Assembly: GCA_034530615.2 (NCBI GenBank) | Contig: JAVRCV020000036.1 | Location: 1 to 64,000, forward strand | DNA: 64,000 bases | Origin: Aulosira sp. ZfuVER01 | GTDB lineage: Bacteria; Cyanobacteriota; Cyanobacteriia; Cyanobacteriales; Nostocaceae | Direction: 5' to 3' | Part shown: positions 9,575-19,882 of the stretch, in pieces | Numbering within the stretch: the first letter of the stretch is position 1 | Layout of the letters: each line of letters starts with the position of its first letter | The notes under the pieces: model-generated | Seen by the model: only the letters and a program-made list of their open reading frames with translations | What the model was told of the DNA's origin: nothing | Database searches by the model: none | Translations under genes and position numbers: made by a program

Positions 9575-11686
9575 TCATGTTCTCAAAGCGATCGCCTGCT
9601 GCAAGAATGTTTCTAAGTTCTGAGTAGCCGTAGGATTGTCAAATAGAACATCGATTGAGCGTTTGAGTGCTTGACGAACTGAGTATCGCCAATCCAAATC
9701 TACCGCTAATCGAATTGCAATCTGAATATATTGCCAGACATCATCTGCAATTGTCTCTGTGACACCGATAGCTTGCAAGAAACCATAGGAGTGACGCCCT
9801 CGCATCAACTCACCCTGACAAGTAACAATCGGTAAGTGACAAGCGATCGCATCTAGTGTTGTGTTTCCACCTGCCCAGTCTAATGTATCTAAATAAATGT
9901 CTGCCAAAGAAAGCAAGTCAAAGTAATCTTCACGGGGTAAAACCGAAGAAAATACACAATAGTCTTGACTGTCTAACCCCACAGATGCGAATGCTCGTTT
10001 CAGGCGTTCTTGAGGAATTCCTGCGCGGAGGAACATAAACTGAGCATTGGGAACTTGACGGGCGATTTCTGCATAAATGCGATCGTGCTGCGGTAAATAT
10101 TTGTAGGCAGCTTGACTAGAGATGTAGACAATAGCATCTTCTCGTAATCCAAAAAATAATCGGTTGCGACGAACTGCATCAACTTTAATAGCAGGATAGG
10201 AAATGCCAACACCAGGCAAACGCACAAGGCTTTCGCTGTAATGATCTTGCCCATTCATCGGCTCCATCAGTTCGCTGGATAAGAAATAGTCAATAGTGGG
10301 TAGTCCAGAAGTTACAGGTTGTCCCCAAGCCATACATTGGATCGGTGCTAAACGCAGTCCTGCAATACATAATGTTGTGGCATCCATGCCGATTTCTGGA
10401 AAAATTAACACATCCAGTTGGTCATCAATCACCTGCTGACAAACCTGTTCTAAACTATTCGGCAAATGATAGAACTTTCTACTATGGGACTGAAATAATT
10501 GAGTAGCAGCATCAATTTGATGCCCTATATGATACGAATAAATTTCAAATTTTTGATTATCTGCATATTTAAGCCAGTTTAAGAATAAAACTGTGCCACT
10601 CCAGCCACACAAAAAATAGGAAAGATAGCCAACTTTAATTCGTTGATTCTTACTAATAGCAGAAATCGGGCGCGCTTGAATCCACTGCGGATAATTTGCC
10701 GCCATAATTTTGTGAACGAGTTGTCCATATTGCTGCTGTAGAAATACATCATTTTTGCCCTGATATGCCAGAAAAAAGTTTGTATGATGGCTAATTCCTA
10801 TTAAGGCTTTTTTCTGCTCATCGGGGCTATTAAGAGTTATTTCTTGAATAAGTTTTTCTAGGCCTTGTTGAAACCAAGTCCGATATGTATCAATCTCCTG
10901 AGGAGTATGATAAATTTCTGGTAGCATCAGATGGCTCAACATCTTAAAGATATAGTTTTCAGGAAATTTCTCCGTAACCTGCTGCGCGAAGTTACGAGCT
11001 TCCAGATAGTTGTGGCTTTGCTTGAGACGAATAATCAGCCAGAAATACAGTTCTTCTGCTTGAGGACAATTGCTAATACCATTCTGCAATGTTTGGATAG
11101 CCGCTTGCATCTGACCAGTTTTATAAAAAACATCACTTAGTTTTAAATAATAGTCAATCTGGTGCGGACAACTGGATAAATACTGGTTGTAATATGAAAT
11201 AGCATTTTCGGATGATTCGCTACCTGCGAAATATTCACCCCATCTGCGCCAAGATTCTATCCGAGCAGCTTCATAAACACTTTGCTGGCAAATTTCTGAC
11301 AAATTACATATGGGAAGTTGGGCAATTTCTTGTTGCTGGATAATGTAGCTATCTTCGTTATTAATGGGGATACGAAAGTTAATTAATGATTTGAGCGCAG
11401 ACCACTCTTTTGTGGTTAACTGACCCGTAAGCCCTACATTCAGGTCTTCAGAAACAGCATCCTCTAAGCTAAGTTTCAGAACTGTCTCAAAAAGTAATGA
11501 GTTAGCATTATCCTGTAGTTCATTTGGTAAACTTTGGCTGTCAATTAGCAGTGTTATATCTTGTCTAGCTGGATGTGCGCAAAGAGTTCTGAGAACATTG
11601 AGCAAATCTTCTGCGATCGCTGTTTCTAGATTAGACCAGTCAGGAAAAATAATAAAATTAATATCTCTTAATTCATCAATTAACAT
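9575..11686 (-). CDS. TPR-containing GT41 / SPINDLY-like O-glycosyltransferase
   Basis: TPR helices, then IKVGYLS, RLAPIQC..WG.P.TSGLPTIDYF, DIYLDT and GGNTT. Confidence 0.85.
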   Translation of the reverse strand: MLIDELRDINFIIFPDWSNLETAIAEDLLNVLRTLCAHPARQDITLLIDSQSLPNELQDNANSLLFETVLKLSLEDAVSEDLNVGLTGQLTTKEWSALKSLINFRIPINNEDSYIIQQQEIAQLPICNLSEICQQSVYEAARIESWRRWGEYFAGSESSENAISYYNQYLSSCPHQIDYYLKLSDVFYKTGQMQAAIQTLQNGISNCPQAEELYFWLIIRLKQSHNYLEARNFAQQVTEKFPENYIFKMLSHLMLPEIYHTPQEIDTYRTWFQQGLEKLIQEITLNSPDEQKKALIGISHHTNFFLAYQGKNDVFLQQQYGQLVHKIMAANYPQWIQARPISAISKNQRIKVGYLSYFLCGWSGTVLFLNWLKYADNQKFEIYSYHIGHQIDAATQLFQSHSRKFYHLPNSLEQVCQQVIDDQLDVLIFPEIGMDATTLCIAGLRLAPIQCMAWGQPVTSGLPTIDYFLSSELMEPMNGQDHYSESLVRLPGVGISYPAIKVDAVRRNRLFFGLREDAIVYISSQAAYKYLPQHDRIYAEIARQVPNAQFMFLRAGIPQERLKRAFASVGLDSQDYCVFSSVLPREDYFDLLSLADIYLDTLDWAGGNTTLDAIACHLPIVTCQGELMRGRHSYGFLQAIGVTETIADDVWQYIQIAIRLAVDLDWRYSVRQALKRSIDVLFDNPTATQNLETFLQQAIALRT

Positions 11687-11857
11687 AGCGTTGTCATGAC
11701 TAATGGCAAGCTGCCTTGCATATAGGCACTACTATATGCACTTCTATTTGATTTGTAAACTTACCACTAGCATCATCTAGCACAAAATCTTAAACAGTCT
11801 CCTGTAGTATCTAGCAATCCCAATATTGGGATAGTTTGATAGCAAGCTATTTAATGG

Positions 11858-12430
11858 TTAAGCGGATCTGTTACCTTGCGAGACAATTTGCGCCAGAAGA
11901 TATCCACTAATATCTAAAAACTGATCTAGTAAACTGCCAATAACACCAATGTAGAGTATTGCCTGAATTATGTAATTGGTGTTGCCAATCTTATAAGCAT
12001 CCCAGGCGAGTAAGCCCAGTCCTTTGGGCCCGATCAACATTTCTGTAGCAATAACTGTAAACCATGCTACCCAAATGCCTACTTTTAAAGCATGAAATAT
12101 ATGAAAGATTGCTGCTCGAAAGTTATTGTTCTGTCTGTAAAAATGTCGCATTCCGATTGCGGTATTCACAATCATTGACCAGAGTGTGCCAATGAAAATT
12201 ACGGACACGGCTGCGGCTTCGCTATCTTTAAATAATATGAGCGCAACAGGTAATAAGGCTATGGGAGGGATACTATGAGGGATTTGAAATATCCGCTTGA
12301 ATAGCTGATAAATTGTGTTATTTATACTGATTACGTATCCAATAAAACTACCTAAAATAGCCGCAGGAATGTAACCAACAAATAATCTTTGCAGGCTAGA
12401 TAAAACATCTAGGAGTATACTGTGTTCCAT
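11858..12430 (-). CDS. Short NrtB/CmpB-like ABC permease, orphan
   Basis: SLQR...IPPIALLP...NTAIG...IATEM...GLG motifs. Confidence 0.75.
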   Translation of the reverse strand: MEHSILLDVLSSLQRLFVGYIPAAILGSFIGYVISINNTIYQLFKRIFQIPHSIPPIALLPVALILFKDSEAAAVSVIFIGTLWSMIVNTAIGMRHFYRQNNNFRAAIFHIFHALKVGIWVAWFTVIATEMLIGPKGLGLLAWDAYKIGNTNYIIQAILYIGVIGSLLDQFLDISGYLLAQIVSQGNRSA

Positions 12431-12690
12431 GCCTCAGTTCTCGTTTAGAAAGTCTGGGGAATACTGCGGCAATTGCAAGAAATGGTGAATAGACAAACAA
12501 TTAAAAAGGTGTAAAAGTCTGTTTAACTCAAATTTAACAAAAATTGCAAGCTAACTTAATAAATTAAATAAAATTTCAATAATTCACTTTTGAGATGTTT
12601 ATAACTTAAATAATCCCAAAATTACATTAAATATAATTGAATCCTGTTACCCAGTAATCAGTACGCAAATTACTGAGTACTGGTTACTAT

Positions 12691-13266
12691 TTATTTACCG
12701 AGATTTCGTTTCATTTGTTCTAATTCATCCTGAGTTTCCCAACGGCGAAACTTTTCTTCTAAGTCGTCAAAACTACTAGAATAATTGCTTGTTGCTTTTG
12801 ACCAACCATCGGTTTCTAAGCGTTGTTGAGCTTGAGCTTTTGCACGTGCTGTTTGCGCCTCAGTAGCTTTGGCTTGCACTTCTTGGCGTCGAACTTGAAT
12901 TTTGTGTAGTAATTCCTTCGATTGGTTAATGCGTTCTTTTAACCCTTGCATATGTCCCCAGCGCTGATTTCCTTCGCGCAATAAGGCTGCTTCTCTTTCT
13001 TGCGCCGCAACTGCTAAATCTTCTCTACCAGCAGCTTTCGCCTTTTGAACGCGGATGTGCCAACGCTGAATTTCTTGAGCAGTGGACAGAATTTCTTCTT
13101 GCGATCGCTTTTCTTGTAATTGTAAATCTGCAACCAGCTTTAACGTATCTTCCTCTTGCTCGCGCAGCTGTTCTAACAGCGCTTCTAATTCCAAATGGGG
13201 ATTATTACGCAAGAATTCTTCTAAACGGTTTTCCAGAAACCGACTTAAATCATCAAATAAGCCCAC
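12691..13266 (-). CDS. TIGR04376-family (PspA/Vipp1-like) coiled-coil protein
   Basis: MGLFDDLSRFLENRLEEFLRNNPHLEL start, GREDLA motif and LEEKFRRWE...LEQMK end. Confidence 0.8.
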   Translation of the reverse strand: MGLFDDLSRFLENRLEEFLRNNPHLELEALLEQLREQEEDTLKLVADLQLQEKRSQEEILSTAQEIQRWHIRVQKAKAAGREDLAVAAQEREAALLREGNQRWGHMQGLKERINQSKELLHKIQVRRQEVQAKATEAQTARAKAQAQQRLETDGWSKATSNYSSSFDDLEEKFRRWETQDELEQMKRNLGK

Positions 13267-13485
13267 TGTTAGAACTCCAGAGTCAGGTGTGTGACTTTAT
13301 TGTAGTAATTATTATCGTGGGAGAAAAGCTACTTGTAACAGTTCAGGGTAACTGAAAGTTTTGGTAACAAGCTGAACAAAGCAAGTCTCTACCCACCAAT
13401 TTGAGGTTTGAGTACTTGCCGCACTTAAAACACGTCCCCTCGATGTGTATTTTTCCAACCTTAACTTTTGCTTTCATTTGGTGAT

Positions 13486-13832
13486 TTACTCTAGTAAATA
13501 ACGATATGTAGCTTTAACTATTTGTGCTAAGGCATAAGCTGTACCTGGCTCAAGTCGTCTGTCACCTAAGAGTAAAAGTATGATTTCCTCTGAGGTGTCT
13601 AGCTCTAATTTTTGTTCTTGGCGATCGCTGACGAATAAATCACCAGGGCGGACTTCTAACCAGTTGCAAAGCGCTATAAATGTCTCCATATCAGGCGTAT
13701 GCGATTTTCAATCCTGGATAGGGTGGATGGGCTGACATTGCCAATTTCTTCAGATATTTTGCGCAATCCTTTACGACCACATTTACTCCGGACTAGTCCT
13801 GCTAGTCGTCCTGTGTCTAAATAGCTTTCCAT
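13486..13832 (-). pseudogene. XRE/HTH transcriptional regulator, frameshifted
   Basis: ATG 13832 gives MESYLDTGRLAGLVRSK...VSPSTLSRIENR; a frame change near 13700 continues as TPDMETFIALCNWLEV. Confidence 0.7.
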
Positions 13833-13904
13833 CTGTTAATTATTCAAGCCATAATGACAACAAACACCTGTGGTTGCAGGACATCGGGTGTTTTTTCATG
13901 CTGT

Positions 13905-14474
13905 CTAGAGCTTGTCTAGGTGTGTCTGGTCAATTCGCCAGCGAATGCGATCGCCTTCCCCTTCAATTTCACCAATGCCCCTAGAGGCTAATCCCTGGAA
14001 TATCAGCCGAATATCCTCTAGGTTGATAGTTCTCAGCGATTGCGTTAGGTTGTGGCATTTCCACGCGGCTACCCAGTCACCGGCTTGCTTCAGCCCTATC
14101 TCTACAATCTCCAGTTCTGGGTATTCCAGGGTTTTGAGAAGTTCATCTGGTGTTATGCCTGTCTCCCTTCTCTCCCTGACCTCCGCGGCCGTGGGGGAAA
14201 GTGCGATCGCACTACTTCCCCAAGTGCTTAAATCCAGTTCACAGGGCAAGTCATCCACCATGAACCGCTTTTTACCACCTGCTTTTAACCACTGCTCAAG
14301 CTGAGTATTCTTCAGCGTCGATCGGGCGTCATCTTGGGCTTTCTTCCCTAACCGAATACGAACAAAGCAGGTATCCGGTGTGTCAGCATCTCCCTTTAGC
14401 GCGAAGTTAGCAGCTGTGTCATTCTGGGCTAACACCATGATGAATTGTTTTCGTTTAAAGCGAGACGCGATCGC
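13905..14474 (-). pseudogene. C-terminal fragment of a mobile-element-type hypothetical protein
   Basis: The ORF begins abruptly at a HIP1 site with no convincing start, is more GC-rich than its neighbours and abuts an integrase fragment. Confidence 0.45.
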
Positions 14475-14690
14475 CAACGATATCGCCTTAGGAGCTTTCG
14501 ACCCGACGCTAGAAAAGTATCAGTTTCGGGCCAGTGCGATCGCGCCTACAGCCATTCCACCTAAAAAAGCAAAGCAGAAATACACCTTGGGCAAACTCTG
14601 GGATAAATTCACAGAGTTTCAATCCCACCAACTGGAGACAACCACAATCAAAGGAAACTATCACGCGATCGCAAGGTGCATTAAACACTC
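14467..14690 (+). pseudogene. Tyrosine-integrase N-terminal (Arm-DNA-binding / DUF3596-like) fragment
   Basis: AIANDIALGAFDPTLEKY...TLGKLWDKFTEF...LETTTI matches the cyanobacterial integrase N-terminus; no catalytic domain follows. Confidence 0.7.
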
Positions 14691-14801
14691 GTTCACCCAG
14701 AAGTCACCAAAATTGATTGTCCAGATTTTTGAATTTTTGCTACTCAAATGCTACTCATTAATAAGTGAGATTCAGTCTAAAAAAGGTCTATAGAAGCCCT
14801 C

Positions 14802-16202
14802 ATGCAGTTTACTATCCAGAATGTTTTAATTCCCACCGATAATGCTTATGCATTTGTTGATGTCCAAATTGTAGATGGAAAAATTGCGGCGATCGCTCCA
14901 GATCTAGATGTTGTAGGTACAGCAATTGATGGTACACATCAATTATTACTTCCTGGCTTTATCAATGCTCATACCCACTCTTCCGAAATGTGGCAACGGG
15001 GAGCAATTCCACCATTACCTTTAGAATTATGGTTGGCGGAACTCTACGATTTTACCCCCCTGGATTTACAAAAGGTTTACCTCAGCGCTTTGGGAACGGC
15101 GGTAGAAACTCTCCTTTCTGGAGGTACGAGTGTCGTAGATCATTTGGTGTTAATTCCCGGACAAGAGTTTGAAACTATTGGTACTGCTGCTCGCGCTTAC
15201 AAAGAAGTGGGAATTCGGGCTTTTATTGCTCCTTTAATTCAAGATGAATCCCTGACAGCAGGAATACCATCCGGGGAAGCACAACAAACTCATGAGCCTT
15301 ATTTTCGCTCAACCCAAGCAACCCTAGACATCATTGAAGAAGCGGTAAAGCAGTTGCATCGCCCCGATGAGGGTGTAAATATTTTAGTTGCACCTACGGG
15401 AATTCAACTGTGTAGTGATGCTTTATTTACTGGGTGTATTGAATTAAGCGATCGCTATAATCTGTGTCGTCACTCTCACCTGCTGGAAACCAAAGCACAG
15501 GAAAAACTTGCCCAAGAAAAATACGGTTGTTCGGCTGTAGAACACCTCAAACGGATTGGCTATTTAAGCGATCGCACTTCTCTTGCTCATTGTGTCTGGT
15601 TAAGCGATGCTGATATTAAGATTCTCGCAGAAACTCAATCTACAGTCGTTCACAACCCCTTGAGTAATCTCCGTTTAGGTAGCGGTGTTGCCCCAATTTT
15701 AAAATATCAACAAGCTGGAGTAAATGTTACTTTTGGTTGTGATGGTGCTTCTAGTAATGACTCACAAGATTTATTAGAAGCTATCAAAATCGGCTCTATT
15801 TTGCACAACATTACAGACTTAGATTATCAGCACTGGATTACACCCCGGCAAGCAGTAGAAATGGCATCCTTAGGAGGTGCTAAAGGATTAAATCTTGCAG
15901 ATCGACTTGGTTCTTTAACTGTAGATAAACAAGCCGATTTAGTAGTTTACGATCTGACTAATTTATCTCTATTACCCCGTACAGATCCCATCAGTTTATT
16001 AGTATTAGGTCGCCCCACCAATGCTGTTAACCATGTTTGGGTGAATGGCAAGCAAATTGTCGCTGATGGCAAAGTGACTACAATCAACGTTGACGACTTG
16101 CGACAAGAAATATTTAAAAACAGCCAATGGCATAGTCAACGCCCATCTCCAACTGTCGCCCAACTTGCAGCCCATTATCGTAAAGTTATGGGCTTGTCTT
16201 AA
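14802..16202 (+). CDS. Amidohydrolase (AtzA/TRZ-like deaminase family)
   Basis: PGFINAHTH, HSHLLET, AHCVW, HNPLSNLRL, GCDG and ADL motifs. Confidence 0.9.
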   Translation: MQFTIQNVLIPTDNAYAFVDVQIVDGKIAAIAPDLDVVGTAIDGTHQLLLPGFINAHTHSSEMWQRGAIPPLPLELWLAELYDFTPLDLQKVYLSALGTAVETLLSGGTSVVDHLVLIPGQEFETIGTAARAYKEVGIRAFIAPLIQDESLTAGIPSGEAQQTHEPYFRSTQATLDIIEEAVKQLHRPDEGVNILVAPTGIQLCSDALFTGCIELSDRYNLCRHSHLLETKAQEKLAQEKYGCSAVEHLKRIGYLSDRTSLAHCVWLSDADIKILAETQSTVVHNPLSNLRLGSGVAPILKYQQAGVNVTFGCDGASSNDSQDLLEAIKIGSILHNITDLDYQHWITPRQAVEMASLGGAKGLNLADRLGSLTVDKQADLVVYDLTNLSLLPRTDPISLLVLGRPTNAVNHVWVNGKQIVADGKVTTINVDDLRQEIFKNSQWHSQRPSPTVAQLAAHYRKVMGLS

Positions 16203-16296
16203 TTGATAGAGAAGGGACAAGGGGGACAAGGAGAGAAGTCGGAGCGTCGGCTTCCGGCGATCTGAACTTCGGGGGGACAAGGGTGTAGGAGTAGAA

Positions 16297-16335
16297 ATGC
16301 CCAATGCCCAATTCCCAATGCCCTATGCCCAATGA
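16297..16335. repeat. STRR-like heptamer array (ATGCCCA)n
   Basis: Tandem heptamers between convergent genes; similar arrays at 19816-19872 and 58932-58963. Confidence 0.8.
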
Positions 16336-16341
16336 CAAATC

Positions 16342-16848
16342 TTATTTACACCCCAAACTCTCCCTTGTAGACACACCAGTAACTGGATTAACTCCATCAG
16401 CGCGATCGCATAATAACGCGACTTGATAGCGGTCAATCAAGGCATCTGTAAAATCAGCACCAGTGATCGCTGCATCGTAAAAGCGGCTACTGGTCAAAGT
16501 TGCTTCTGTGAAAATCGCATTTTTTAGATTTGCACCATCCAAAGTTACCCGATCCACCAAAGCCCCTGTCAAGTTCGCACCTTCTAAATCTGCTTTTAAT
16601 AAAACGCCCTTAGTCAGAATGGCATTGGTTAAATTTGAGCTTTGAAAATTTGCTTCCCGCATTTCGGCTGCAACAAAAGTCGCACCAGCCAAATCAGTGT
16701 GGGAAAAGTCGCGATTTTCTAAATGAGTATTGTTATAGTTGATTGTCTTTGCTTGTGCAAAAGCTGGTTTAGGAGTAAAAATCACCCATAAACCAGCTAG
16801 GAGCAAAATCAGTATTAAACTCAAAAAGCGTAGCCAGAACTTTTTCAT
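16342..16848 (-). CDS. Exported pentapeptide-repeat protein
   Basis: Signal peptide, A(D/N)LxG repeats and [16 protein letters not shown] end. Confidence 0.92.
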   Translation of the reverse strand: MKKFWLRFLSLILILLLAGLWVIFTPKPAFAQAKTINYNNTHLENRDFSHTDLAGATFVAAEMREANFQSSNLTNAILTKGVLLKADLEGANLTGALVDRVTLDGANLKNAIFTEATLTSSRFYDAAITGADFTDALIDRYQVALLCDRADGVNPVTGVSTRESLGCK

Positions 16849-16911
16849 AACTTTTTTCTAGAGTCAATAGTCCAAAGTGATTAATTTTGACTCTTGACTC
16901 TTGACTAAGGA

Positions 16912-18423
16912 CTACTTCCAATCTTTACCAATCCGAATTGTCAAATCAGATTCTAAATCGCCGGTAGCTGAAACTTCGATTTGACCTAAACCAACAATTT
17001 GTTGTAAGTCAATTCCAACTTCTCGCTTACCTTTTTGGACAATAATTTGAGTTTGGCGTTGGGTATCAGGCCAATCTGGCGCTGCGTAAACACTGGTGAA
17101 GCCTTTTTGTTTGAGATATTTGATAACTTTTTCAGTTAACTGAGGTTGATTAGAAGCATTTTGAATAGCAATTTTGAGTTTAGATACAGGTCGCACGTCA
17201 GGCTTGAGACCAGGTACATTTACCCCAACATAATCATTCAATAGGTTCTGTTGTCCAGTCATATTCAACCAATAACTATTGGGGTCTTGGCTGAAACGGC
17301 TGAAGCCACCAGGTAACACGGTCATTTGAAAATTATCCCTATCTTGGTTAATAGAGAAATTCACCAATGCCATCATTTCTTCGATTTTCAGGTTGGTATC
17401 AAAATACTTCCGCATAATTCGGGTTAATTGTGGCAACCTGGGTAATACAGTAGGACTATTAAGGCGTTCTAGTAACGCTTTCATGAGTGCTTGCTGCCGT
17501 TGTACCCTCGATAGATCCCCCAAACCTGGTTCGCGGTAACGCACAAATAGTTCTGCTTGTTCGCCGTTAAGAGTTTGCCAGCCGCTAACTAAATTAACGG
17601 ACTGTCGCCCAGAAGTGCCTTCATAAGACATGGATTTGGGAACGAAGACCTCTACCCCACCCAATTGATCGACCAACTGGCGTAAACCACTGGTGGAGAT
17701 GCGCATATAGCGATCGATTGGTGCATTATTTAAAGTCCGGCTGACTACCCGCGCTGCCAAAACTGGGCCACCTTGGGCGTTAGCATCGGATACTTTTGTC
17801 AATCCCTTTTCGGGAATCGCAATCATCGTATCCCTAGGAATAGAAAGCACTTTAATCGATTTATCGCCGGGATTAAGCCTCACCATCAGCATGGTATCGC
17901 TTTTGCCAGAAAAACTTTCAGGTGAGCCATCAACAGTACCTTTCACTGGTTCAATCCCCATAATTAAAATATTCATGGGTTTTGAAAGTTGATACTCAGA
18001 GATTTTGCCCCATAGTTCCCCAGGCAGAGGTATTTTTTGCTGATCCTTACTAGCTACGCCTGCGTCTTCATCAGTTTGATCGAGATTGCTCCATAAAGGA
18101 GTCCACAACGCCAAGGTAGATACCAGCAGCCCAGATAAAACGATCCCCAAAACAACCGTTAAAATCCATAACAGCCATCGCGGCATAGTTAAGCCCAATC
18201 GCTCATAAAGCTGATTGGGGATTTCACCTACGGAAACATGAGCTGGTTCTTTGAGTCTAACTTCTGGCTCTGGTGCTACTACTTCTTGAGGTGTAACCTG
18301 ATGGTCTGACCGTTGTAATTGCTGAGGTGTAGCCTCATCTAAATCTAAACCTGGTACTTGTTGAGGCGTGACTTGATTTTCCGCCCATTGCATTTGTTTA
18401 ATTACCATTATCTCCCCACTCAA
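16912..18423 (-). CDS. conR: LCP (LytR-CpsA-Psr) family protein, probable ConR orthologue
   Basis: TM helix, SDTMLM, SIPRDT, R.R...GDL.R..RQ and a LytR_C tail. The context between a pentapeptide gene and manC is as I recall for the Anabaena conR locus (unverified). Confidence 0.7.
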   Translation of the reverse strand: MSGEIMVIKQMQWAENQVTPQQVPGLDLDEATPQQLQRSDHQVTPQEVVAPEPEVRLKEPAHVSVGEIPNQLYERLGLTMPRWLLWILTVVLGIVLSGLLVSTLALWTPLWSNLDQTDEDAGVASKDQQKIPLPGELWGKISEYQLSKPMNILIMGIEPVKGTVDGSPESFSGKSDTMLMVRLNPGDKSIKVLSIPRDTMIAIPEKGLTKVSDANAQGGPVLAARVVSRTLNNAPIDRYMRISTSGLRQLVDQLGGVEVFVPKSMSYEGTSGRQSVNLVSGWQTLNGEQAELFVRYREPGLGDLSRVQRQQALMKALLERLNSPTVLPRLPQLTRIMRKYFDTNLKIEEMMALVNFSINQDRDNFQMTVLPGGFSRFSQDPNSYWLNMTGQQNLLNDYVGVNVPGLKPDVRPVSKLKIAIQNASNQPQLTEKVIKYLKQKGFTSVYAAPDWPDTQRQTQIIVQKGKREVGIDLQQIVGLGQIEVSATGDLESDLTIRIGKDWK

Positions 18424-18520
18424 CCACTCCCTAAAAGTATGTTAATGCAACCTACAAATCTTGCCAGTGGGTAAGCCCACTGTAAACTTGTAGTGTTCTT
18501 TCGTAGGCACGTATGACAAA

Positions 18521-19585
18521 ATGATTAACTCAATGTTCCCGGTAATCCTTGCTGGTGGTAAAGGTGAACGTTTTTGGCCATTGAGTCGTTCTGGACGACC
18601 CAAGCAATTTTTAAGCCTTGATGGTAGCTCTAGAAGCCTACTGCAAGCAACCGCCGATCGACTGATAAAAATCGTAGGCGGATGGGATTCTTTGTTTGTC
18701 ATCACTTCTAAACAAATAGCTGAAGGAGTGCGTCAACAACTGCCACAACTGCCGTCACAAAATTTATTGATCGAGTCAGAGGGAAGAGACACTGCCGCAG
18801 CTGTTGCTTGGACAAGTTTAGAAATCAAGCAGCGTTATGGAGAAGACGCTATCATCGGTTTTTTCCCCGCTGACCACTGGATTGACGATCAAAAAGCGTT
18901 TGCAGACACATTAAATGCTGCAAGTGCTTTGGCGGCAAGTACAGAAGCGATTGTCACACTGGGGATCAAACCTACTTTCCCATCAACTGGTTATGGCTAT
19001 ATCGAACAAGGCGCAAAAATTGGTAGCTTTAATGAGTTGCCAGCTTATCACGTCAACCGCTTTACTGAAAAGCCCAACCGCGAAACGGCTGAATCTTTTT
19101 TATCAACGGGGCGTTTTAGCTGGAATAGTGGTATGTTCGTTTTTCGGGCTGGGGTAGTTCTGAAGGAACTTTATACCCATGCACCGGAAATTATCGAACC
19201 TTTAGCACAAAATGGTCCTGATATTTATCCGCAGTTGCCTAAAAAAAGTATAGACTATGCTCTTATGGAAAAGACCACTTTAGCATACGTCTTACCAGTG
19301 GCATTTGGTTGGGACGATCTAGGCGATTGGAATGCTATTGAGCGCTTACTGAAAACAGAAGAGACTCCCAATGTAGAACTTGCTACCCATGTTGGACTGG
19401 ATACCAAAGGAGCACTGCTTTACGCCACCGATCCCGAAGACGTAATTGTTACCATAGGCTTAGAGGATGTTGTGATTGTGCGCGATCGCAATGTCACCCT
19501 CATAGTCAAAAAAGACCGTACCCAGGAAATTAAGCAGATACTCAAAACACTCCAAAGCGATCCCCGATTTACCGACTTGCTATAG
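18521..19585 (+). CDS. manC: Mannose-1-phosphate guanylyltransferase
   Basis: VILAGGKGERFWPLSR..PKQF, PADH, TGYGYI, FTEKP, SIDYALMEK and WDDLGDW. Confidence 0.93.
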   Translation: MINSMFPVILAGGKGERFWPLSRSGRPKQFLSLDGSSRSLLQATADRLIKIVGGWDSLFVITSKQIAEGVRQQLPQLPSQNLLIESEGRDTAAAVAWTSLEIKQRYGEDAIIGFFPADHWIDDQKAFADTLNAASALAASTEAIVTLGIKPTFPSTGYGYIEQGAKIGSFNELPAYHVNRFTEKPNRETAESFLSTGRFSWNSGMFVFRAGVVLKELYTHAPEIIEPLAQNGPDIYPQLPKKSIDYALMEKTTLAYVLPVAFGWDDLGDWNAIERLLKTEETPNVELATHVGLDTKGALLYATDPEDVIVTIGLEDVVIVRDRNVTLIVKKDRTQEIKQILKTLQSDPRFTDLL

Positions 19586-19721
19586 CTGTAAAACTTAAAA
19601 CCCTCGGCAGAGGCTAAAATTCTGCTGCTTTCATTATAACTTGATATAGGCGAGTGACTAGAGGCTAGGGACTGGGAATTGGAAGAAGGACAAGGGGGAC
19701 AAGGAAGACAAGGAGGATGAG

Positions 19722-19826
19722 GGAGTGTGGGGAGAGAGGGGAGAAACGAACCACTCTTTCTTTATTAGCTCCCTCCGTCTTCCCCATCCTCCGACACTTC
19801 CCACACTACTTGTTTGCCCAATGCCC
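19722..19826. repeat. ~100-bp composite dispersed repeat, copy 1 (copy 2 at about 34101-34204)
   Basis: Shared core GAGAAACGAACCAC.CTTTCTTTATTAGCTCCC with G-rich and C-rich arms. Confidence 0.75.
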
Positions 19827-19882
19827 AACGCCCAATGCCCAATGCCCAATGCCCAATGCCCCATGCCCCATCCCCAAAAAAA

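Noticed and set aside
14380..14793. Intact 137-aa gene or functional integrase
   Set aside because: It is chimeric: only the middle is integrase-like and there is no catalytic R-H-R-Y domain.
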